Shown: positions 42,577 through 53,646, counted from the first letter of the stretch. The stretch is 64,000 nt of DNA from Nitrospirota bacterium (GCA_963710375.1 CAVPZX010000002.1:576001-640000), one strand, 5' to 3'. Made by a program: numbers and translations. The notes: generated by a model from the sequence alone, not told the origin.

Positions 42577-43254
42577 TTACCCCTTCGTCCTATTTCTGGC
42601 AAACGCCTTTGATACCTTTGATAGATGGTCTGCCATTCTGATAGGATCGGGAAGTCTGTACCTGGTCAGACACTGAAGCAAAATTGCTATGGATGAAGGC
42701 AGGTCTATGAGATGTCCGGGAGAAACAAACACAGGTCTGACATGATCCCGCGTCCTCAGTACAGCGCCGACTCGTTCTCCTTTATATATGAGAGGCGACC
42801 ACTGGCCTTTCTCAGGCCCGGGTTCGGCATATTCACCCACCAGCCTCGACTTTGCGCAGCCTATCGTAGGGATGTCAATCAGCACGCCGATGTGTGAGGC
42901 GATGCCGAGCCTCCGGGGATGGGCTATTCCCTGCCCATCAACAATTATCACATCGGGTTTGTGCATGAGTTTCCTTATCGCACTGATGATAGCGTGCCCT
43001 TCCCTGAAGCTGAGGAACCCCGGGACATAAGGGAACCGGATATCTTCGATCGAAATAGCATCGGTCATGTGGGTGAGTGAAGGATATGCAAAGAGAGAGG
43101 CGACAGCGATTACCTGTTCCCCATCAAATGCGGCATCGACCCCAGCTATAGATGACGGATTTTTTCGCAGAGGGTGTATCCGTACCTTTTCCCTCAGCTC
43201 ATTTTGTATCCTCTTTGCAGCCTCCATATCCCTCGGCCAAACATACCCCGACAT
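42577..43254 (-). CDS. nfi: Endonuclease V
   Basis: AGVD, FPYVPGFLSFRE, VDGQGIAHPRRLGIASH, GCAKSRL and VSPGH motifs. Confidence 0.95.
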   Translation of the reverse strand: MSGYVWPRDMEAAKRIQNELREKVRIHPLRKNPSSIAGVDAAFDGEQVIAVASLFAYPSLTHMTDAISIEDIRFPYVPGFLSFREGHAIISAIRKLMHKPDVIIVDGQGIAHPRRLGIASHIGVLIDIPTIGCAKSRLVGEYAEPGPEKGQWSPLIYKGERVGAVLRTRDHVRPVFVSPGHLIDLPSSIAILLQCLTRYRLPDPIRMADHLSKVSKAFARNRTKG

Positions 43255-43377
43255 ATTATTATATTATCAGTTGGTCAACTTTCAGGGTTGAGGTTTATTA
43301 ACGGTCTTTTTGTTCGACAATTTTGGGTATAATGTAATAAAGTTGTGTGGCATGGAACAGCAGAAGAGGAGGCAAAT

Positions 43378-43872
43378 ATGAGGAAAAGTTGTGCTGGCTT
43401 GATAACCGTTATCCTTTGCAGCGGTCTCCTGATCATGGGGTCAGTTTTATCAACGTATGCTGAGCAGGGCGAGGGTCGTAAGCTTGTGTTCACAAAACAC
43501 TTTAATGACAGCCTGTTTGACATAACTGAAAAGGCGGAATTCAGTGTGGAGATTTTATTGGATGAAAAGGAACACAAGATCGGCAAAAACGTCATCGGCA
43601 TCGTAATACATAACTCTCATAATCAGGATGTGGAGAATGCCTCCTTGACGATCGATTATAGGAATACGGATACCGGTCAACCCGCAGCTCTGGGTACGGT
43701 CGTGAAAGAAAAAGGTGGGGGACTATATATTGTGTCCAATCTGAATCTTAACAAGGAAGGCAGGTGGAAGCTGACCATAACTGTCAGGAAGAATGGCGTC
43801 GATGACAGTGCATCATTTCTTTTCCCTGATGTTTTAAAAGAGAAATGGCCGGCCGGGAAATATAACCCTTAG
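43378..43872 (+). CDS. Periplasmic YtkA/FixH-like protein
   Basis: Signal peptide and the Ig-like segment EKGGGLY...GRWKLTITV. Confidence 0.6.
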   Translation: MRKSCAGLITVILCSGLLIMGSVLSTYAEQGEGRKLVFTKHFNDSLFDITEKAEFSVEILLDEKEHKIGKNVIGIVIHNSHNQDVENASLTIDYRNTDTGQPAALGTVVKEKGGGLYIVSNLNLNKEGRWKLTITVRKNGVDDSASFLFPDVLKEKWPAGKYNP

Positions 43873-43882
43873 GAGAAAAAAT

Positions 43883-45475
43883 ATGAAACTGAATGATATT
43901 ACCAGAGGGACAGGGCTCGAAGAACACGGAATTACCAATGTTAATCTAGTCTTCTGGACACCTCCCACCCCGGTACTGTACGAGCAAATCGTGAGACGGG
44001 GCGAAGGCCTTATTACCCATTTGGGAGCTATCGATGTGAAAACAGGCCATTATACCGGTCGGGCTGCCAACGAAAAATTCATAGTCGATGAACCGTCATG
44101 TCATGACCATATCAACTGGGGTAAAGTCAACCAGCCTTTGGACCCGGCTAAATTCGACGGCCTTTACAACCGGCTGGTGGCCTACTTGCATGGCAAGGAC
44201 CTGTTCGTTCAGGACTGCTTTGCCGGGGCAAGTCCTGAACACCGCCTGCCTGTGCGCGTGATTACCGAAAATGCCTGGCACTCTCTCTTCGCAAGGAACA
44301 TGTTGATCAGGGCGACCGAAGAGGAGTTGATCAAACACAAACCGGCCTTTACGGTCATCGACGTGCCGAGTTTTTATTCCATCCCTTCCGTTGACGGCAC
44401 TAACACTGAAGCCTTCATCATCGTAAATTTTGCCAGGCGGTTAATCCTTATCGGTGGTACAAGTTATGCCGGTGAGATCAAGAAGTCAATCTTTACCATT
44501 CTAAACTATTTATTGCCTCATGACAAAAATATCCTTTCCATGCACTGTTCGGCTAGTGTGGGTAAAAAAGGGGATGTGGCCATCTTCTTCGGTCTCTCGG
44601 GAACCGGCAAGACCTCACTCTCCGCTGATCCGAACCGGGCATTGATCGGCGACGATGAGCACGGTTGGGATGACAAAGGGATATTCAACTTCGAAGGCGG
44701 ATGTTACGCGAAGATCATCAAACTTTCGAGTGAATCGGAGCCGGAAATCTATGAAACGACCAGAAGGTTCGGCACCATCCTTGAAAACGTCGCCATTAAT
44801 ACGGTGACTCGCAGGATCGATCTGGATGACGATTCCTTAACTGAAAACACGCGCGCCTCCTACCCGATCACCCATATCCCTAATATCATACGGTCAGGCA
44901 TGGGGAGGCATCCTTCCAACATCATAATGCTCACCTGCGATGCCTTTGGGTTGTTGCCGCCAATTGCCAAACTGAGCCCGGTTCAGGCTATGTACCATTT
45001 CCTGTCCGGCTATACCGCCAAGGTGGCAGGCACCGAGGCAGGCGTTACCGAGCCGCAGGCGACCTTTTCCGCATGTTTTGGATCACCGTTCATGGCGCTC
45101 CATCCTTCAGTCTATGCCGAACTCCTCAACAAAAAAATCTCCGAACACGCTGTCAACTGCTGGTTGGTGAATACGGGCTGGAGCGGCGGCGGCTACGGTG
45201 TGGGAAGCCGGATGAAGATCGCCTATTCGCGGGCACTCGTCAGCGCTGCCATTGAAGGCGTGCTGGCAAAGGGGGAATTCGATAAGGACCCTTTCTTTGG
45301 GCTCAAGGTGCCGAAGGCATGTCCCGGCATGCCGGCTAAATTGCTAAAGCCGCGCAATGCCTGGGCTGACAAGGCGGCCTATGATAAAGCCGCTAAAAAT
45401 CTGGTGGAACAGTTCCGCAATAATTTCAGGCAATACGAAGGATATGTTCCGCAACCAGTGGCCGGTGTGCTCTGA
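43883..45475 (+). CDS. pckA: Phosphoenolpyruvate carboxykinase (ATP)
   Basis: YAGEIKK, SMHCS, GLSGTGKT, IGDDEHGW and FEGGCYAK motifs. Confidence 0.96.
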   Translation: MKLNDITRGTGLEEHGITNVNLVFWTPPTPVLYEQIVRRGEGLITHLGAIDVKTGHYTGRAANEKFIVDEPSCHDHINWGKVNQPLDPAKFDGLYNRLVAYLHGKDLFVQDCFAGASPEHRLPVRVITENAWHSLFARNMLIRATEEELIKHKPAFTVIDVPSFYSIPSVDGTNTEAFIIVNFARRLILIGGTSYAGEIKKSIFTILNYLLPHDKNILSMHCSASVGKKGDVAIFFGLSGTGKTSLSADPNRALIGDDEHGWDDKGIFNFEGGCYAKIIKLSSESEPEIYETTRRFGTILENVAINTVTRRIDLDDDSLTENTRASYPITHIPNIIRSGMGRHPSNIIMLTCDAFGLLPPIAKLSPVQAMYHFLSGYTAKVAGTEAGVTEPQATFSACFGSPFMALHPSVYAELLNKKISEHAVNCWLVNTGWSGGGYGVGSRMKIAYSRALVSAAIEGVLAKGEFDKDPFFGLKVPKACPGMPAKLLKPRNAWADKAAYDKAAKNLVEQFRNNFRQYEGYVPQPVAGVL

Positions 45476-45482
45476 AAATTTT

Positions 45483-46361
45483 CTAATCTGCTGGAAGAGG
45501 GATCCTGGACTCACACGGCACCCCGCTCTGGCATAAGCCGCAGGCATAAGCTTCAAACCCGAAATGGGACGTGCAATATTCCTTCATCGCTACCTCTACG
45601 TAAGGCCGGCATTTCAACTTGTCGTGGCCCTGGTCGCTTAAGGCCCCGGCGGGGCACCGGTTGACGCACTTCTTACAAGTCCCGCGACTGAAAAAAAGGC
45701 AATATTCGTGATGGTCTTTATATGGTCGCGGAGTCGGAGGTATCTGAATGCGTGCAACAACAGAACCGCAGCGTACCGCCTTTCCCAGCGGCGTAATCAA
45801 CCCATCGCAAAGGCCAAAGGTCCCAAGCCCCGAAGCATGGGCTGCATGCCGCTCAGACCAGGTTGACGCATAAAGATAGAGTTCTGACATCTTCCACGCC
45901 CATTCGGGTGAAAGCATAGGAGCAACAGCCTCAATTCCGGCGGCCCCGAGAGTATCGACAACATGCTTTCGGAGACTTACGTTTATCTCCTCGCCGAATT
46001 TCCTGGCCCTTGCCCAGCTTTCCGAAGGGTAAGTCGTCTCCTTTTTGTGATCAGCTTTAGTCTTGGCCGTTTGAGGCAAAATCCAGCTTATAACCGTCAA
46101 ATCGCCAGCCCGCACTTCCATTTGTGGAAAAGTCAGGCTGAATATTTCCAATGGGGTCCAGTGGAATAATCCGATATGCTCCTTGAATGCTTGATAAATT
46201 GGATCACCACCGGAAGAGAATCCCACCAGGGGGTCGTCCCATGCCTTGTCGTTTGCCGGATTTTTCAGGGTGTTTTCCGGTGATTTATTGATAAAGTCTT
46301 TTACAATACTTTCAAGCCATCCAGCCGCATCTTTTATTTCGTGGTTTTCCTGCATTTTCAT
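45483..46361 (-). CDS. Epoxyqueuosine reductase / reductive-dehalogenase-like Fe-S protein
   Basis: WSERHAAHASGLGTFG, CKKCVNRCP and CGLCQSGVPC motifs. Confidence 0.8.
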   Translation of the reverse strand: MKMQENHEIKDAAGWLESIVKDFINKSPENTLKNPANDKAWDDPLVGFSSGGDPIYQAFKEHIGLFHWTPLEIFSLTFPQMEVRAGDLTVISWILPQTAKTKADHKKETTYPSESWARARKFGEEINVSLRKHVVDTLGAAGIEAVAPMLSPEWAWKMSELYLYASTWSERHAAHASGLGTFGLCDGLITPLGKAVRCGSVVARIQIPPTPRPYKDHHEYCLFFSRGTCKKCVNRCPAGALSDQGHDKLKCRPYVEVAMKEYCTSHFGFEAYACGLCQSGVPCESRIPLPAD

Positions 46362-46380
46362 CCCAATAGCGCCATCACTC

Positions 46381-47209
46381 TCAATCCAACCATGTAATGT
46401 TGGCGTCTTTACGCAACGGCAGACGATGATATTTGTACTTCGGATACCCGATCATCATGGCCCCGAAACATGCATGTCCTTCGGGCAGCGCAAGTGTCTG
46501 CCGAAGCGGCGGCCACTGTGAGGCAGCCATCATAAAGAAACCGGCCCAGCAACTGCCCAGCCCGAAAGAAGGCGCTGCCAGATCCAGAAATGTAAGAGCA
46601 ATGGCGCTGTCGGTCCTGGCATTATTATAGTCTTTCGGCGAGTGGGCTATGACAAGACCTGGCGCTCCCCGGGTGACGCGGTCTATTCCAGCCTCCCAAG
46701 CTTTTACTAACACCGGGAAGTTATATTTCTCCGCCATTGGATGCTTCTCTGCAATCATATGGCGGATAAGGTGAACTACCAATCCGGCCATGCTTCGTAC
46801 CGCCTCACGCGAATTGACGGCAAGCCAGTTGACAAGTTGGCTGTTAGAGCCTGTTGGCGCATACCTCGCAATGTCAATTAGTTTTTCAAGCTTCTCACGC
46901 TCTATTGCTTTGTCCTGGTATGTACGGATAGACCTTCTGGAACGCAGAAAATGCTCAACGTGCTCAGCACTCAGCGCCAAGTCCTCTCTTACCGGCAGGC
47001 AGTCTTCAGTCTTCATTCCGGCAAGGGAGAAAGCCCCGTGGGGACAGACTGCAACACAATGTCCGCACCTGATGCAATATTTTTCCGCTCCCTGCACTGG
47101 CGTCGGAGGCTGAAGAAGCGTCACTCATTTCGAGGATGCGCATAGGACATTCATCCACGCAGATACCATCACGCTTGCACTTCTCTGTGTCGATCGTAAA
47201 AAAACCCAT
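46381..47209 (-). CDS. Nitroreductase with N-terminal 2x[4Fe-4S] domain; +1 frameshift at about 47110
   Basis: CKRDGICVDECP in ORF 47006-47209 joins CIRCGHCVAVCP, RRSIR, APTGSN and GLGSCW in ORF 46381-47124. Confidence 0.85.
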
Positions 47210-47505
47210 ATAAACCCTCCAAACTTTTGTTCTTCATAGCTTAACCAAGCAACCGATCGCCAAACAACCGAAGCCTGGGTGAGTCAGAAAAAAATTTTCC
47301 GAAATTGACGATATCGTCTATTTTATGTTAGTTTATAAAGTTTTGGCAATTTCCTCTATCATTTAATCTTTTTGTTCTGACACGAACAAACAGGGAGACA
47401 TTGCAGGACAGGGGAGTTGCGTGCATGAATGATGCATGGATGCTATGTACAGGAAATTCATGATATCACTTTTATAAACCTAAAAAAACAAAAGGAGTGT
47501 GTGCC

Positions 47506-47664
47506 ATGGCCGAGAAAGTAAAGTCCAAGACCGATGTAACTGCCAGAGCAGAGAACAAGGGCAAGGGTCAGAACTGCCGTAATTGCGGCAATAAGATCGA
47601 TGTTGTCCTGGCAGTTTCGCCGTCTGGAAAGAAAAAAATGCGCCGCGTATGCTGCGGGGAGTAA
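47506..47664 (+). CDS. Small basic Cys-containing protein (52 aa, CxxC...CC)
   Basis: Below the ORF-track cutoff. AAAGGAG RBS; MAEKVKSKTDVTARAENKGKGQNCRNCGNKIDVVLAVSPSGKKKMRRVCCGE*. Confidence 0.7.
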   Translation: MAEKVKSKTDVTARAENKGKGQNCRNCGNKIDVVLAVSPSGKKKMRRVCCGE

Positions 47665-47671
47665 TCTTTTA

Positions 47672-47709
47672 CCTCCCTTAGGCAAGGGATATCGCTTGCC
47701 TAAGGGAGG
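47672..47709. terminator. Perfect 15-bp hairpin between convergent genes
   Basis: CCTCCCTTAGGCAAG-N8-CTTGCCTAAGGGAGG. Confidence 0.7.
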
Positions 47710-47716
47710 AATCTCA

Positions 47717-48466
47717 TCATGATGCAGACCCAATCTCCCAGAGCTTCAGGTATTTCAGAAAGGTATAGAAGCTATAGAGCACTGCAAGGACAAAACCGTG
47801 AAAGCCATCCCTGAACCCTTGCTGTAACAGGAACATTCTTAAAAAGGTAACAGGGGGCTTTAGCACAAGCTGGTAAAATCTCGCCGAGCCCCCCTTTTGA
47901 TGCAGTTCTGTTGCGGCAAGCGTTGAATAAACATCCATCTTTTTTATGTAATCCGAAATTTTCCTGTACGTATAATGTTCCATGGGATTTTTACAATAGG
48001 CAGTCTTCCCATCTGCTACGATCTTCTCATGTACCTCCCTCTGCTCCACATGCGCACTCTCTTTTCTGAACAACCTTAAGGTATAGTCGGGCCACCAGCC
48101 TCCGTGCCGTATCCACCGGCCGAGAAAGAAGTTTTTTCTGGGGATGTAAAAAGCATTGTTGACGGAGCTTTCAATGGCGGTCCTGATTTCCCCGGCAAGC
48201 TCCTCCGTCACCCGCTCGTCAGCATCCAGCACAAGCACCCATGGCATAGACGCCTTGTCAATGCCTGATTGTTTCTGCCTTGCATAGCCCTGCCATCTGA
48301 TCTGAAAAATATTATCGGTATACCTGCGTGCAATAGATATGGTGCTGTCGGAGCTGAAGTCGTCGATAATGATAATTTCGCTGAACCCGCTGACGCTTTT
48401 AAGCGCCGCCTCTATATTCCGCTCCTCGTCTTTTGTCACTATGACGACTGATAAAGGCGCCTTCAT
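47717..48466 (-). CDS. Glycosyltransferase family 2 (WaaE/KdtX-like LPS core enzyme)
   Basis: DDFSSD, LDADE, GGWWPDY, VHE and GFRDG motifs. Confidence 0.9.
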   Translation of the reverse strand: MKAPLSVVIVTKDEERNIEAALKSVSGFSEIIIIDDFSSDSTISIARRYTDNIFQIRWQGYARQKQSGIDKASMPWVLVLDADERVTEELAGEIRTAIESSVNNAFYIPRKNFFLGRWIRHGGWWPDYTLRLFRKESAHVEQREVHEKIVADGKTAYCKNPMEHYTYRKISDYIKKMDVYSTLAATELHQKGGSARFYQLVLKPPVTFLRMFLLQQGFRDGFHGFVLAVLYSFYTFLKYLKLWEIGSAS

Positions 48467-49236
48467 TGCCCGCCCACCAGGACCGCCTTCACAGTGCCGA
48501 TGCCGACCTTCGTCTTCAGCATGACCGGTATCTTCCTATTGTCGTCGGTGAGCCAGATAAGTATGTCTCCCTTTCTAAAAAAAATGCCCTCTGATCTGAC
48601 AATCGGCTTTATCAGCAGCGTTCTAAATGTCCCTGCAGATGTCTCTATAACTTCCCGTTTCAACACCTGGACCTCTGCCTTATACAGTTTTTTGCTGTCA
48701 AATACATCGACGAAAACAGATTCCCCGACTTCGAGCGGCAGTGTCCTGACATAGTAGAAACTTGAGAGAGGATCGAGTGTAGATTTATTGATGCCGAACT
48801 CTTTCTTTTCTTTGGCCAGATAGTTTATATAGGTCACTTTTTTTTCGCTGTGATCCATAATAAATTCCTTGTCCCTCTTCTGCCTGCCTTCGTGTATAAT
48901 TATGCGGTAATCATGAGGCACTCCTATAAACCCCTCGTAATATCCTTTTCTCTCTCCATAATTAAGCGTGCTGATGACTAAATCCTCGACGTGATAGAAC
49001 AACGACGCCAAAGGAGAAGAATTGGCTTTCGATATGAACTGGATTTCGTCGCCTGTCTGCCTGACCTCCAGTTCTGCCTCGCCGGTCTTTATTCCTTCCC
49101 AGGTAAGGTCATAGTGGAGCTTTTCAGGGATCGAAAAAGAATTGGCCGGAGAAAATAGCACCGAGAGTTCAAAAAAAACAAGGACAAATAAAGCAGTTTT
49201 CAACACAATAGAAGGCCCCCGGTCGTTTACATCCAT
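48463..49236 (-). CDS. DUF3108 family exported protein
   Basis: Signal peptide and EKLHY, LDPLSSFYYVR, GTFRT, IWLTDDNRKIPV motifs. Confidence 0.8.
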   Translation of the reverse strand: MDVNDRGPSIVLKTALFVLVFFELSVLFSPANSFSIPEKLHYDLTWEGIKTGEAELEVRQTGDEIQFISKANSSPLASLFYHVEDLVISTLNYGERKGYYEGFIGVPHDYRIIIHEGRQKRDKEFIMDHSEKKVTYINYLAKEKKEFGINKSTLDPLSSFYYVRTLPLEVGESVFVDVFDSKKLYKAEVQVLKREVIETSAGTFRTLLIKPIVRSEGIFFRKGDILIWLTDDNRKIPVMLKTKVGIGTVKAVLVGGQ

Positions 49237-49257
49237 TTTAGTATGTTATATTAATCT

Positions 49258-49983
49258 ATGTTTGTAATTCCTGCAATAGATTTAAAAGATGGTCTCTGCG
49301 TGAGGCTCCTGCAGGGCAGGAAAGAGGATGCAACGGTATACTCAAGTGATCCGGTTGCCACTGCCAAAAAATGGGAGTCCTGCGGGGCCAAACTGCTGCA
49401 TGTCGTTGACCTTGACGGCGCTTTCACCGGCAACCAGAAAAACCTCGAAAGCATACGGAAAATCAGGGCTGCAGTGACAATGGATATAGAAGTGGGCGGC
49501 GGCATTCGCGATATGTCGAGGATAGACCAACTAATTGCACTCGGGATAAACAGGGTCATTCTAGGCACCGTTGCTATAGTAAAGCCGGTACTCGTAACTC
49601 AAGCGGCCCGCATATATCCCGGCAGAGTCCTCGTCGGCATCGATGCAAAGCACGGCCTCGTTGCTGTAAAGGGCTGGGTGGAAGTCACCCGGGCAAAACC
49701 GGTAGAACTCGCCCTCGCCATGCAGAAGCATGGCGCAGCCGGGATTATCTACACCGATATTTCCAAAGACGGGATGATGGCCGGACCCAATATCGAGGCG
49801 ACACGCAAAATGGTCGAGTCGCTTGCCATACCTGTCATTGCATCAGGCGGCGTTTCCTCAATAGATGACCTGAAAAAATTAATGGCAATAAAAAACCTGT
49901 GGGGCGCGATCACCGGAATGGCTCTGTACACAGGCTCTCTTGACCTGGAAGAGGCGATCAAGTTGACAACTAAAGGCTTTTAA
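49258..49983 (+). CDS. hisA: ProFAR isomerase
   Basis: [26 protein letters not shown] and ASGGV motifs. Confidence 0.96.
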   Translation: MFVIPAIDLKDGLCVRLLQGRKEDATVYSSDPVATAKKWESCGAKLLHVVDLDGAFTGNQKNLESIRKIRAAVTMDIEVGGGIRDMSRIDQLIALGINRVILGTVAIVKPVLVTQAARIYPGRVLVGIDAKHGLVAVKGWVEVTRAKPVELALAMQKHGAAGIIYTDISKDGMMAGPNIEATRKMVESLAIPVIASGGVSSIDDLKKLMAIKNLWGAITGMALYTGSLDLEEAIKLTTKGF

Positions 49984-49984
49984 T

Positions 49985-50858
49985 ATGCTTGCAAAGAGAA
50001 TAATACCATGCCTTGACGTAAAGGACGGCCGCGTAGTGAAGGGTGTCAATTTCGTCAATATAAGGGACGCCGGCGATCCTGTGGATAATGCCGTATATTA
50101 TGACGAACAGGGTGCGGATGAACTGGTTTTCCTCGATATAACCGCTTCTCACGAAAAAAGGAATATCATCCTCCATGTTGTCGAAAAAACTGCCGACGAC
50201 GTCTTCATGCCGCTGACAGTTGGTGGCGGAGTGCGGACGCTTGACGATATCAGGGATTTGCTCAATGCCGGGTGTGACAAAGTATCGATAAATACAGACT
50301 GCTGTGAAAGACCCTTATTTCATCAGCCGTGCTGCCGAGAAATTCGGCAGTCAGTGCATTGTTCTCGCAATTGACGCAAAAAGAGTGACCAGCGGCTTGA
50401 TCTATGAAACGGGAGAAAAGTGGTTAGGTGATGAATCCCTTAAATGTGTATGTCTACAGCCCGATAAAGTCGCTGACTTTTTGGGCGCCCCATCTGCAGG
50501 CAACGGTGGATTGTGGGCACTTTCGACTCATGGCGGCAGAAAAATGAAACATATTGATGCAGTCAAATGGGCAGAAAAAGCGGAGGAGCTCGGCGCAGGA
50601 GAGATTCTGCTGACGAGCATGGACAGGGACGGGACAAAAGACGGATACGACCTCGAACTCACAAGGGCTGTTTCAGAGGCTGTGTCTGTCCCGGTAATCG
50701 CATCCGGCGGAGTCGGCACCCTCGATCATCTTTACGAAGGCATTGTGCAGGGCAAGGCGGATGCAGTGCTTGCCGCGTCTATCTTTCACTATAGAGAACA
50801 TACGGTGAAAGAGGCAAAAGAATTCCTGAGGGCAAAAGGAATTCCCGTACGCTTATAG
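49985..50858 (+). CDS. hisF: Imidazole glycerol phosphate synthase cyclase subunit; +1 frameshift at 50298
   Basis: [28 protein letters not shown] and LAASIFH motifs. Removing A50298 restores SINTAAVKDP. Confidence 0.93.
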
Positions 50859-51195
50859 GAGCACTGCAATTCAGATGGTACGGGATTGTTTTCTTTGCGA
50901 GTGATTAGACTGCTGTGCCAGCCCTGCCGACTGCAAGGAAAGAAAAAATAACATCACCGGCCGGGCAGCGTCAAAAAGACACTGCTAAAACTGTAAAAGA
51001 TAGTATCCAATGTCAGTTCAAGTGTGAGTTTCAGCTTATACGCCGTATGGGTTTTGCCCGTAATAATATTTTCTAATTCTTCCTGCAATACGAAACTTAC
51101 GGTTTTATGTTGATGGTGAGATGTACGACCGGTAATCCGTGAATGTAAAGGCTCAGGATTTAAGCCAGCCGATAGCGTAGGGTGTTGAAAAAATG

Positions 51196-51221
51196 CTCCC
51201 GCATAAATCTGGGAGTTTTTT
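51196..51221 (+). terminator. Possible intrinsic terminator
   Basis: CTCCC-N10-GGGAG followed by a T run. Confidence 0.4.
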
Positions 51222-51367
51222 GGGTATAATAATAACCTATTGTGGCCGTGTATTTTTTTTGTGGGTTATAAAATTTGCGTTTGCATCGCAGGTATAATGA
51301 TAATAAAAACATATGAAATTATTAGAAAGAATCATTTTGGTTTTGTAAAACAGGGAGGGAATATAAA

Positions 51368-52132
51368 ATGTGTTTTTTAGACTATGACGATAAGGACTGT
51401 AACAGAAAGAATTTAATCAGCAAATACGATAAGGTAAAAATAAAATATGAAAAAATATGGAAGTATTATGACACCGAAATGCCCAAATGCATTGATGATT
51501 GTAAGAATAAAATTAATAAAGAAAACATTGACGGCCCGCAAGGGATATACTGGATTGGTGAGAAGTCTAAGATTTTTTTTGTTGGTTTGGAAAATGATGG
51601 ATGGCCTTCAGTGTCCGATAAGTATCAACCAGAGAATGTTAAGTATGCTCCGTTACACTTCCTGTATTTCAGGGGGGCTTGGATGAGCGGAATATGGAGG
51701 AGGATTAGGTATATCATAGAAAAGAGTGGGTTTGTAGTGCCAGGAGAAGAAGAATGGAGCAATATAATCGATTATTTTGCATTTAGTAATTTATGTAAAT
51801 GCTGTGATAAAAATAATAGCAAAAACAAGCAGGAGAAACTGTATTGTAATTGCTTTGGGCATGGGTTTATTCACAAAGAAATAGAGGCAGTTGATGCACC
51901 TATTAATGTTTTCTTTACTTTAGGGCACCCTGAATTTTTTAATACGTTTATGGGTGAAGCATCCGAGAGGTTGTGCGATGATAAAATATTAAAATGTATA
52001 AAAAGTGATAAAATATTTTATTGTTTACATCATCCTGCAAGGATGTCCGATGAAATTTTAGACTGTTTGTGCGCTGATATAAATGTAGAGATGGGAAGGA
52101 AGGATATTGTTGGTATTGGTAAAATAGTGTAA
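51368..52132 (+). CDS. Hypothetical protein with a possible uracil-DNA-glycosylase-like fold
   Basis: AT-rich. IFFVGLE, FSNLCKC and LHHPAR resemble the motif order of the UDG superfamily (inference). Confidence 0.55.
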   Translation: MCFLDYDDKDCNRKNLISKYDKVKIKYEKIWKYYDTEMPKCIDDCKNKINKENIDGPQGIYWIGEKSKIFFVGLENDGWPSVSDKYQPENVKYAPLHFLYFRGAWMSGIWRRIRYIIEKSGFVVPGEEEWSNIIDYFAFSNLCKCCDKNNSKNKQEKLYCNCFGHGFIHKEIEAVDAPINVFFTLGHPEFFNTFMGEASERLCDDKILKCIKSDKIFYCLHHPARMSDEILDCLCADINVEMGRKDIVGIGKIV

Positions 52133-52160
52133 TAAACGGAAAAATAAAGGAGGATACAAC

Positions 52161-52343
52161 ATGGCAATTGGATCAGCGGCTCAAAAACAAGAATACAATG
52201 TGTTTGTTTACGATGAAAAGGGTAACGTGCTTTTTCAGAAAACTGGAAAGCTTGTTGGATATACAAGTTCTACAGTAACTGTATATTTCCAGAACACGAC
52301 ATATACTTTTGATGTGAAGGGTAATGTGCTTTTTACGAAGTAA
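52161..52343 (+). CDS. Small hypothetical protein with an internal duplication
   Basis: AAGGAGG RBS; YDEKGNVLF and FDVKGNVLF repeat. Confidence 0.75.
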   Translation: MAIGSAAQKQEYNVFVYDEKGNVLFQKTGKLVGYTSSTVTVYFQNTTYTFDVKGNVLFTK

Positions 52344-52404
52344 TGTTTTTTTGGGAATGAATAGGCGGGGTGGAACAGGAAATATCCTCTGAAAGCAAAA
52401 AAAT

Positions 52405-52605
52405 ATGCGCTTAGAATGTGATAAATACAGGATACAACGTTCAAAAGTATTGGGTGAAATAGAGGGTTTAGCTGTGGCCTCGGTTAACGGTAAGGATGTA
52501 ATAACCAAGGAGCAATGTATCGAAAGGTTTGAGATGATACTAGAAAAATTCAAGGAATATGATAGGCTTTCGCGGCTTTATGTTAAAGGGTTGGAGAACA
52601 GCTAA
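52405..52605 (+). CDS. Hypothetical protein
   Basis: 66-aa ORF only. Confidence 0.4.
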   Translation: MRLECDKYRIQRSKVLGEIEGLAVASVNGKDVITKEQCIERFEMILEKFKEYDRLSRLYVKGLENS

Positions 52606-53025
52606 CCATATCACGTCTTGGAACAGAAAGTTATTGAAACCAAGAAAGGATGCAGTAGAACAGAAAATATCTTCTTGAGAAAATGTTATCCAGAGTGTTG
52701 CCCGCTCTCGTGAACGTGGTTTTTAAAGAGTGGGTGCCTTGTTGGCATTTGCCACGGACATCGTTACCAGTACAAAAGCTTCAGTGGCGCGTTTTGTTTC
52801 AATTCAGAAAATTGAGAGTTAAAACTTAACTCATCGTTACGCGTTTGCTTTTTGTTGAAAATCCTCAGTCTCGAACCTTGCTTGATATTGCGGCTTAGTC
52901 GGTGACATCCTCACTGTAAGGCTAATTTGAAAAACACGGACTTCGGAAAGATATTCGCAGGCATAGTTAACAACCCTTCGGAACCGGCACTGTTTTTATT
53001 TGGGTTTTTTTGTTGCCATTTTATA

Positions 53026-53232
53026 TCACAAAAGAAATTTTATGATTATAGAAAAGGGTGGGATACTGGTATCAACAACACTTTGTTCATCCCTATCATC
53101 AGCATAATAGGCCACTATGGTATCGTCAGACAGTTTTTCAATAATTATTTTATGGATACGACATTGTTGTTGAAAGGAGTTGCCGTTGTGGGTTTTTTCA
53201 AGGATTAGTCGTAATTTTTGAAGTATTGTCAT
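53026..53232 (-). CDS. Hypothetical protein
   Basis: 68-aa ORF with a GGGAG RBS. Confidence 0.4.
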   Translation of the reverse strand: MTILQKLRLILEKTHNGNSFQQQCRIHKIIIEKLSDDTIVAYYADDRDEQSVVDTSIPPFSIIIKFLL

Positions 53233-53313
53233 ATCACTCCCAGCTAATCGTTGCGTCCCGATACAGAAGCGGCTCAGGAGATATAATTAATATTTCAACA
53301 CTTAGGTCATAAG

Positions 53314-53646
53314 TTATTCTATCCCACCTTCAACTGACTCTGCTATTTTGAAAACAACCTCTATAACTTTTTCAGATTCTTCTTTAATCACTTCATCATT
53401 TGTTTTTGCATGAATCAAATTGAACCATCCCTTTGATTCAAGCATGCAAAGGAGTTTTTCGCAGTTTACGCATTTAGGATCGTAATGAATGGTTATGCTA
53501 CCTGTAAGAACATGGCTCTCAAGTGACTTGACGCCAGCTATGCTTTGTAGGTACTCACATAACTTATGAGCATTATCCTCATTATTATGGATAAACGGTG
53601 TCTGAATCCGTAATCTGCCGGGCACATGATGCACATAATATTCCAT
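53314..53646 (-). CDS. HMA2-like domain protein
   Basis: YVHHVPGRLRI and LTGSITIHYD motifs. Confidence 0.8.
   Translation of the reverse strand: MEYYVHHVPGRLRIQTPFIHNNEDNAHKLCEYLQSIAGVKSLESHVLTGSITIHYDPKCVNCEKLLCMLESKGWFNLIHAKTNDEVIKEESEKVIEVVFKIAESVEGGIE

Noticed and set aside
50860..51230. Riboswitch or ncRNA downstream of hisF; TGTACGA at 51122 as a distant IS left end
   Set aside because: I recognise no riboswitch consensus here, and the IS match is only 7 bp.
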